From: Paragordius varius
Taxonomy: Eukaryota > Animalia > Nematomorpha
Length of the DNA stretch: 64,000 bases
Assembly (NCBI GenBank): GCA_964247055.1
Contig: OZ176053.1
Coordinates: 5,456,001 to 5,520,000, forward strand
Reading direction: 5' to 3'
Part shown: positions 51,370-64,000 of the stretch, piece after piece
Numbering within the stretch: position 1 is the stretch's first letter
How the letters are laid out: each line of letters opens with the position of its first letter
Translations under genes and position numbers: made by a program
The notes under the pieces: model-generated
What the model was told of the DNA's origin: nothing
The model's database searches: none
What the model saw: the letters and a program-made list of their open reading frames with translations, nothing else

Positions 51370-54300
51370 ATGAAGTCCAACGAAAAACTTGAAAATTTAC
51401 GGGAGGAATTTGTTAAATCTGTCAAGCTATTACAATTTAAACAGTATATAGATAATTTAATTCGAGACCAACATTGCAAGTTTTACAAGAAAGTGCTCAA
51501 ACTTTACACAATGATATATGTAATTCATGGAAAGTTGCAGAAGATGTCATAACCCAAATTCAACATTTGGATTTAGCGCGAGTATAAAAATTTATATTTT
51601 AGAGACGCGTGCAAGCGTGTTTACGTCATGTGGAAAAATTGATAAATTTAAAAAGTTGCAAAAGTGGATTCCAAATAGCATTACAAAAACAAGATTATGA
51701 GAAAGTATTTTACTCCTTAAACACTATTAGGCTGCATCATTTATAAACAATTATCTATCATGTTTTGATCCACAAAACACCAATGATATAAATGATTCGA
51801 ATATGGCCAATTTATGCAATCAGTTCAAAAATATTGAAAGCGACAACAAAAATATTTTATATCATTCATCCATTCCCCAAACTCAAGAGATGGAAGAATG
51901 CAAAAAACTTTTCACAGATAAGTTAAATACGCTTTTGGAAAAAGCCTTAGTTGACGAAAACGAAATAGAAATCGACAGATTTCTTAAGTTGTATCCTTTA
52001 ATTGGAGCCAACTCGGATGGAATAGGCAGATTTAACCGTTACTCAGTATCTAAAGTATCACATTTATCGATATATACAACTAATATTTATACCCATGCAA
52101 AGCATTTATGTTTTTTAATACATATTGGGCTAGTTGACCTTTTAATCTTAATAACATAGCGCACAAAATTAGGCATTTTTGAATTCTTTTATACTGTTAA
52201 TTATTTATTCATTGTATGACACAATTATTAATTTACATAGCATTTATGCAAAAAATCATAAACATAATATAAAATAAGAATTACTTTAAACGGGTAAAAG
52301 AACGGGAAAATTTTATTTAATAATTGTTTGTGACTTTTGTTTTATATATTTTCATATGGATGGACCAATAATTATGGGAAAAAAAGATCCTAATAACTTT
52401 ATTTTTTACCTAACGCATAGCTAAAAGTTTAAAATGAATTAAGTAGTTGTTTGTAATCAATTAGCCCAATTTGTATCAAAGTTTTAATGTTGTGTATAAT
52501 AATATTATTTTATTATATGAATTTTTCTTCACAGTTACATAAGGCTAACAAAGACGCTTACTGTAATATTGAAAAAATGCTTGCGTATTATTCAGACGCT
52601 CAGGCCGATAAAGCTAAAACGGTTACGATAAAATTTCCCGTATCCTCAAATATGCAACAATCAAGCACTGCTAAATCATATATAAACATTCCAATTCCTA
52701 CAGTATATCCATTTTCTGACATTTTACTACAAATCTATGGGAATTGTGTCCATGCCATCGACAAGGATAAATCATTACTTCAACAAAAATTTGGTAATTT
52801 TTTGCAACAAATCAAATATTTAATGGCTCTAGAGCTAATTAATGGATATCATATAATTTATTTAAAAATGCTAGAAATAGGTAATAGCCCTCCCACCTTT
52901 AGTTTTTGAGGAAATTACTAAATGTTTATTTGGGAACCTTTATTTCATTTTTTGAAATTTTTAATCGTAAATTAATTAAACTATATTTTAAACGGTAATG
53001 ATCAAAATTTTGGTTATTTTGAATGACTTTTTAAAGATCCATTATTATATCTGAATTTAGGACCTTCCCATTTTGCTGCGCACATTAAGTTTTTACAAAG
53101 AGAAGAAATCGATAAAATTACCGGTTTAGTGTTTGAAAATGGATTGAGAAATGCCGTTTATTTACCATATATAGTGGATTTCATTGAATATTTCTATTAC
53201 CTTTCGTATGTTGATGGAAAAAGGATGCCTAAAGGACAAAAAGGCTCCTTAGCAGTTGATTATATTGATAAACGTTATCCAAAGTATGTTAAAATATATT
53301 GCTATTTTAATTTTTATGTTAAATTAAGGGATACCTAAAGCTTAAGATTTTACCAGAATAGATTTTATTATAGCTACTTTAATATCATTTAAATTTCTAT
53401 GCTTAATTTTTAAAACCAATCTATAAAAAAAGATGCTACTATCCAACACATTATTTGATTTTATGGAATTAGATTTAAATAAATTTCACACATTTATAAA
53501 ATATATTATGCATTAATATGGTGACTTGCTAACATTATTTGCCATTATTTGTAGAAACGTGTCACAAAATCCTGCGCACATTACGTTAACCTATTTGGAT
53601 ACTTTAATAAATGAACTTGTTCAATGTATATCACAAACACAGTATTATATCAAATTTTTGGAAACTAATTTATTTCCCACCCAACCTGTATATAATGGTG
53701 AGCTTAAAAACGGACAAAATGAAGAAGATATTTTAACCAAAAATGTTTATATTTAATTTATAATATATACTATCGTAAATCTCGTGCTGCTACGCAGCCC
53801 GAGGAAGTCTTTCGGACTTCTGGACGGGGGGGGGGGGGGGGGGGATTTTTGATTTTATAAGCAATTTTGGTATGCGGCACGAAGTTTTAAAATGATTCAC
53901 ATAGTCTCATAAGTTTTCTGAAATTTGGCTCCAAAGGCATGCTGTATCGATATGATGGCGCAGTTGTAGGCAGGTAGCCCTCTACCCAGAGGCCAATATA
54001 AAAATGAAGTTAGATAAAAAAATTGCCTTTATACCTGAAATCCTCGTTCGTTTCTAATAGTTTATGGAAGAATGGCCTCAAAACTTATTAATAGTTCAAT
54101 GATAGTGCATTTTTTAAGGCAGGGCCTATTTAACGGCTAATTTGCAAAAATCGCTCGACTAAAATTTTGACTTTTTACGGAGAAAACTTTAAGGAGCTAT
54201 TGAACTCATATGCCCTGATAAATTTTCTGAAATTTAGCCACAAAAGCTTGCTATTTCGATATGACGGGTCACTTTTTCGCGGGTAGCTCCTTACTCAGCA

Positions 54301-57300
54301 GCTATCATCATAGAAACGCTTGACTAAAATTATTGCCTTTTAACAGGGAATACGTAGAATCCTTATTGAATTTTTACGGTCTCATACCTTTGGCAAAAAA
54401 TAGATTCAAAAAATTATTTTTGTGGACTTTGTTTTTTTTTAAAAAATGGCAAATTACGGGGGGAGCGGGTAAAAAGAGTGCCTATATTAAAAAAGTGAGA
54501 CGACTATGTTCGGCGCAATCGAAAATAAGTAAACAAAAATCATATTTGAATTTAAATGGTCCAACACGTTTTCCGGAAAATTGTCTCAAAGACACGATTT
54601 TTGTGGGCTTCTGTTATCGAAAAAACCCATTTTACCCGGGGTGGGCCCGAACTGGGGGCCTAATTCAAAAAAATGGCGAAGCTATTGTCGGGGCATTCAT
54701 TAATGATTATATTTTTTCGATGCCGGTACCAGATCACAAAGCCATCATTTTCCATTTTTATAAATATATAGATGACGAATTCTAGCAAAAAATTTTACGG
54801 TAAAGATTAAAATTTAATGACAAAACATAAAGACAAATATTCAATACCGCTAAACTATTTAAAACTTGATTTTTCCATGTAACTCATTGTTTTAATTTGC
54901 AAAGTATGAAACATTAAAATGGTTACAATTAATTATATATTATGTATTGCAACTAACTAGTTTTATATATACATTATATATATATATATATAAATTAAGC
55001 TTAAAAAGTATGGTTATCTTCCAAAAAAAATATTTTCTTACAATTTTTAAACTGCATATAGATCCCAGCACAAAATAATAATCCCATCAGCCCAAATTAT
55101 TACGAATATATGAAACCTATCACAGAATCTGAGCTTTACACTTATCATCAATCACTCCTTAGTCAATATTTAGTGTTAGAGAGGGCCTACTTGTATGGTG
55201 CTTTTTCTAAGGTTTGTATAAAAATCCTATTTTTATATAATTACGGTTAAATTAAAAATATTACATATTTGTTTTAAAAAAAATGGAAAATATAAGCTTT
55301 TTAATTAACATTATTAATTTGACTGTTAATATCTTAAGGCAGAACAATTGCATTGTGAGAATCAAGATTTACATAACTCGCCGCTCATTGATGAAACATT
55401 TTATATCATGCTCAAATGTATAAGGTAATAATTGTTCCCTTTTATGCCTTAAGGATATCAATTATAAATTTATTGAGATATTTTCAAAAAATTTGTAAAT
55501 AGAAAAAAAATGGTAAAAATTAAATTTTTTTGCTATTGGTTAATAGCAACCTTAATATTTTGAAAAATAGAATTATATATTTTATCGTTGATGATATTGG
55601 GCCATTTAAAATTGGATATGTGTTTCATTCGCTAACCATTTATATATTACAAATAAAATTTAGACGATCCTTTAACACATTGCATTTGGATGGTATTTGT
55701 GCCATGTTAAATTATGTTGGAGATTTTTTTGAAAATACTCTTATACCCAATCATTTATCATTGTTACCGCTTGGTAATCAAAATGGTTCATTTAGCTCTT
55801 TTATGCAACATATACAGTATGGTTTTGATTTAAATATTTCTGAATTTTATGTAAAATTCATTTTATTTTCGTATTTTAATCGTTTCTAATTTAATTATGG
55901 ATCATATTTTTCTCAAAAAATATATTAGACCAACAATGAATTTGGGTTTAATAGACGGAAGTGATGCGTTTGTAATAGACTCATTTTCCCATGAACACGA
56001 TAAAACGGAGTATTTTTTCTATATAATATTCAATGAATGTATCTTAACTTAATACTAATATACCTTAGAAAATGTATTTATATGATAATATGTATTAACG
56101 CATTAGTTTTTGGACAAAATCTTTATGTTTATTTAAAAGCACAACTGTAAAGGAATATATTTTTTTAGGTATGGTAGATAAAATTGTGTAAACTCAATAA
56201 TTTAAAAGCCGTTTGACTACTAATTTCTTATATAAATTTGGTTTAACAAACCATTTTATCTGTTAGACTTATTCATGATTCAAAATTTACTAATAATTTT
56301 ACTCTTTATTACCATTTTTTCCGTAGCGAACCCGACAATCAATATGATTTAAAACAAGAGGAAAAGAAATATATGGTAGGAATTTTTATTTAAATATAAA
56401 ATTTATAATTTAATTTATTTACCTCCTTAATTTTATATTAACATTGTTTTTTCTCACCAATAGAAAAGGTTGAATGACATTGAATTATCCGTACAATATT
56501 TGGACAAATTTATACAACAAATTGAATCAGAAGCTAGATTGGCATTAGATTTCCAAAATCCTTTCTTTGTGGCTCATGAAAAATTTAATGTAATTTTTTA
56601 AACGCACAAATCATAAAACATAGAGTAAATTTTTAATAGACACTCATGATTTAGGTAACTTATGGGGGTCAGTAAATTTAAAAGTCCATATTTGGCTATA
56701 TTATATTGAGATATAAAAACAAATTAAGAACTATATTTGGCTATATTTATGGTGGCGATCTTTAAATTTCGCTCAGTATTAATCCACTTTTATTTAATTA
56801 TAATATATATGAGACCACATCTTTTTAAATTTTACAGCAATAATTTTCACATCTTTGTGTGGTATGCGACTTGGAATATTTTGTAAATTTAATCATAAAA
56901 AATTATTTATTACAGAATTGTTTATCGATTTTTGTGGATGCACGGAATCATCGCCTTCCTGATTCCTTAACTAAAGGCATTAATGAACTAAATGATTGCG
57001 TATTAAAAACCTATACTATTGGAGATATAAGCCACGCGGATTTAAACCTTCACCATACCAGAGGCATTAAAATAATGGAAACGGCCAATTATGTTTTGCA
57101 TGAGGTATAACCCTAATGTGAAATTTAACCATAAGTTACTGCACGCTCTTTAAAAAAATTGTTTTTATTATTAATTAAACAGATAACCTCAGCGCTTTTA
57201 AAACAATGAATGTTGGTGGTACCTTTCTTTCATTTTGATTTAATTACAAATGTTATATTCTCTATTAAATACATTTAGCGACAAATTATTTATTAGTGTT

Positions 57301-58201
57301 TATTTTGTCATTGATAACTCCTCAAAAGTTTGCTTTTGTCTTACAGTTTTTTGCAATAATTTTACATTTTTAGGATCAATTGGAAGATCAATTAGCTATG
57401 TTTAACGATACAGATGCCAAACAAAATTGGTGTAAAACGCTAATCGAATCATTAAACAACATTGCTCTCAGACAAATAAAGGTAAATAATGTAAAAATTT
57501 AATGCTTTTAAATAGTAATATAGGCACTTTCTTAATCTATAAGTATTGCAGCACAATCATTTTCTAAAATTTAAACATACTTAAATTATATTATATAAAA
57601 ACGACATATTTATATGGTATATCTTGGTTTTTAGCCTTGCTTATCTGAATCATTATATTTTCAACTAATTGATCAGTTTACATCCCAACTTCCTGATGTT
57701 ATTGAAAACGCGATGCTAAAAATTAAATACAATAAGGTACTTTATATCTAAATAAATAATTTATAATTAATTAAAGTAAGAAAAAAAATAAAATGCACAT
57801 AAATATTTTTTTGCAACAGTTTGGCGCAATCAAAATGGATAGGGAATTACGAAAATTAATAGCTTTCCTCAATACTCTTGATTTTGCCACAGTTGGGAAT
57901 GTACATGAAAACAGAGTGTCAAAAACACTAAATATAAGAAACAAATTTTGTAGAATCCTACAAATATCATCTATCCTTAACGTAGAAACGGTATTATTTT
58001 TTATATATATAAAATGACAATGGAAACTTAATTTTAAAAAATTCATAAATTATAATCTGTTTTTTCTGATAGAGAGAAGAATTTGAACAATATATTCAAG
58101 ATCACGTAATACCTTGCTCTGAACTTAAAACGACAGATAAAAAACGGTTAACTGAACACGAAATTAGACAATGCATAAGTTTAAGGCTAGACTATAAATA
58201 A
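51370..58201 (+). CDS. COG4: Conserved oligomeric Golgi complex subunit 4
   Basis: Spliced PTLQVLQESAQTL...VAEDVITQIQHLDLAR|RRVQAC...GFQIALQKQDYEK|AASFINNYL, IDRFLKLYPLIG, RSFNTLHLDGICAMLNY and QQFGAIKMDRELRKL, with the terminal RLTEHEIRQCISLRLDYK* (TAA 58199-58201). These match COG4 motifs. The start codon is tentative. Confidence 0.9.
53770..54772 (-). mobile_element. Non-autonomous Helitron (1,003 bp) in a COG4 intron
   Basis: On the minus strand: A|TCTATATATTTATAAAAATGGAAAATG 5' end and 3' hairpin gctgc-gta-gcagc followed by ATAG|T. It shares long blocks with 47851-48423. Confidence 0.75.
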
Positions 58202-58918
58202 TATGTATAACAAATAATAACCAAATAAATTTATTTGTATATATTTTAATAAGGATACGAACAATAATAATAGCTTGATATATTATGAAATTAATGATAC
58301 ATAAAAAATAAAGAGAAAAAACAATTGTGAAATTTCAAGGTGCTCAAAATATGACTATAAAAAATATGAAAATGTGAATCTAAATTTGAACGATAGGGAG
58401 AGACATCAATTCCAGGAATTTTGACCTAAAAAATAATAAATTATCATATAATAATGGTAAGAACACTAAGAAATAATTTTTTCTAATATCCATTTAATAT
58501 ATATTAACCTAATAAATCATGTATGTAAAGGAGGCAATAATATCTAAATTCATATATTTTAAAAAAAATTCTTGCGCCAGTGTTTTGACTTCAAAATTAA
58601 AGTTTACCATGATCTTTGGAAAATATGGTGTGTTAATTGATGAGAGAATATAATTTTTTTCCTAAACTTGTGAACTAAATGATCTTACAAAACATTCAAA
58701 ACAGGTGTTTACTGTTTGTAGCCAACATTATAAACAGGTAAGAGCAATAAAATATTGGTCTTTGCTCTTTATGTTTTGTCATTCCAATTTTTACTGTGGT
58801 TGTTATTTCAAAAAAATATATCCTTTGCCCATTATAGTCAATACAATTAAAATGGTATCTTATTAATAAAAAGTGATTAAAAAACGAGTGCACAAAAAAG
58901 AGAAATGTAAAAACTTAC

Positions 58919-63566
<4,648 letters not shown>

Positions 63567-64000
63567 TTTAGGTTTTTGCTTTAAAAATGGCGATGCGGAA
63601 CTCGATAACAATCCTAACCGGGTGCGAAAAAATACAAACATATACTGATAAATAAATTAAAAAATAATAATAATAAACATATATATTAAGTATAAAAATT
63701 TTAATTTTAGCTTTTGACTTTTTCTAGGTATGGTTACATATTAGGGCTATATCCAGAGCTTTTGTAAAAATTTGATTTTAAAAATATTTTCAAAATGTGT
63801 ATTTTATTTTTTATATTATAATGGAAAACTTATTTATGATTTGGTAAGTAAGTCAAAAATTAATTATTTAACATCTTCAAATAAAATGCCTGAAAAAAAT
63901 ATACTAATTTTATACTTTCCTAATTAATATTACCCCGTTTTATAAACGATCTAAGAAAAGAATTTTGAAATTAGATTAAATTTTAAAGAATTTTTTAAAA

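Noticed and set aside
53826-53844. G19 run as a functional G-quadruplex
   Set aside because: It sits inside a Helitron, and the sister copy has only a short interrupted tract, so homopolymer slippage or sequencing error is more likely.
54333-54785. 150-aa ORF (and 47778-48119 ORFs) as captured genes
   Set aside because: They lie in Helitron sequence, the reading frame is not preserved between the two copies, and no domain is recognisable.

Overview
AT-rich eukaryotic (metazoan-type) genomic DNA with six recognisable intron-rich host genes: the 5' part of a thioester-protein/alpha-2-macroglobulin/CD109-family gene (-), SLC41 Mg2+ transporter (-), transportin-3 (+), ATE1 (-), COG4 (+) and a DDX5/DDX17 (p68/DBP2) helicase (-). 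There is also one putative small tail-anchored gene. Intron sizes are bimodal: 21-30 nt GT-AG micro-introns sit beside kb-scale introns filled with transposons, which suggests a reduced parasite such as a myxozoan or mesozoan (inference only). The most striking element is a 3,245-bp IS630/Tc1/mariner transposon present as two apparently identical copies (3923-7167 and 43971-47215, TA target duplications). It combines ~170-bp TIRs, a 162-bp higher-order tandem array carrying splice-acceptor signals, a 343-aa transposase split by two 22-nt introns with an unusual D-D30-E spacing, a diverged inverted copy of its own catalytic region right after the stop codon (a possible built-in hairpin silencer), and a passenger TTAA-flanked MITE. 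Also present are its non-autonomous MITEs, hAT MITEs, Helitrons, decayed transposase relics, a candidate poison exon in the conserved DDX5/DBP2 autoregulatory intron, and only 50 nt between the ATE1 and COG4 start codons. All coordinates and alignments were worked out by hand; no database searches were run.
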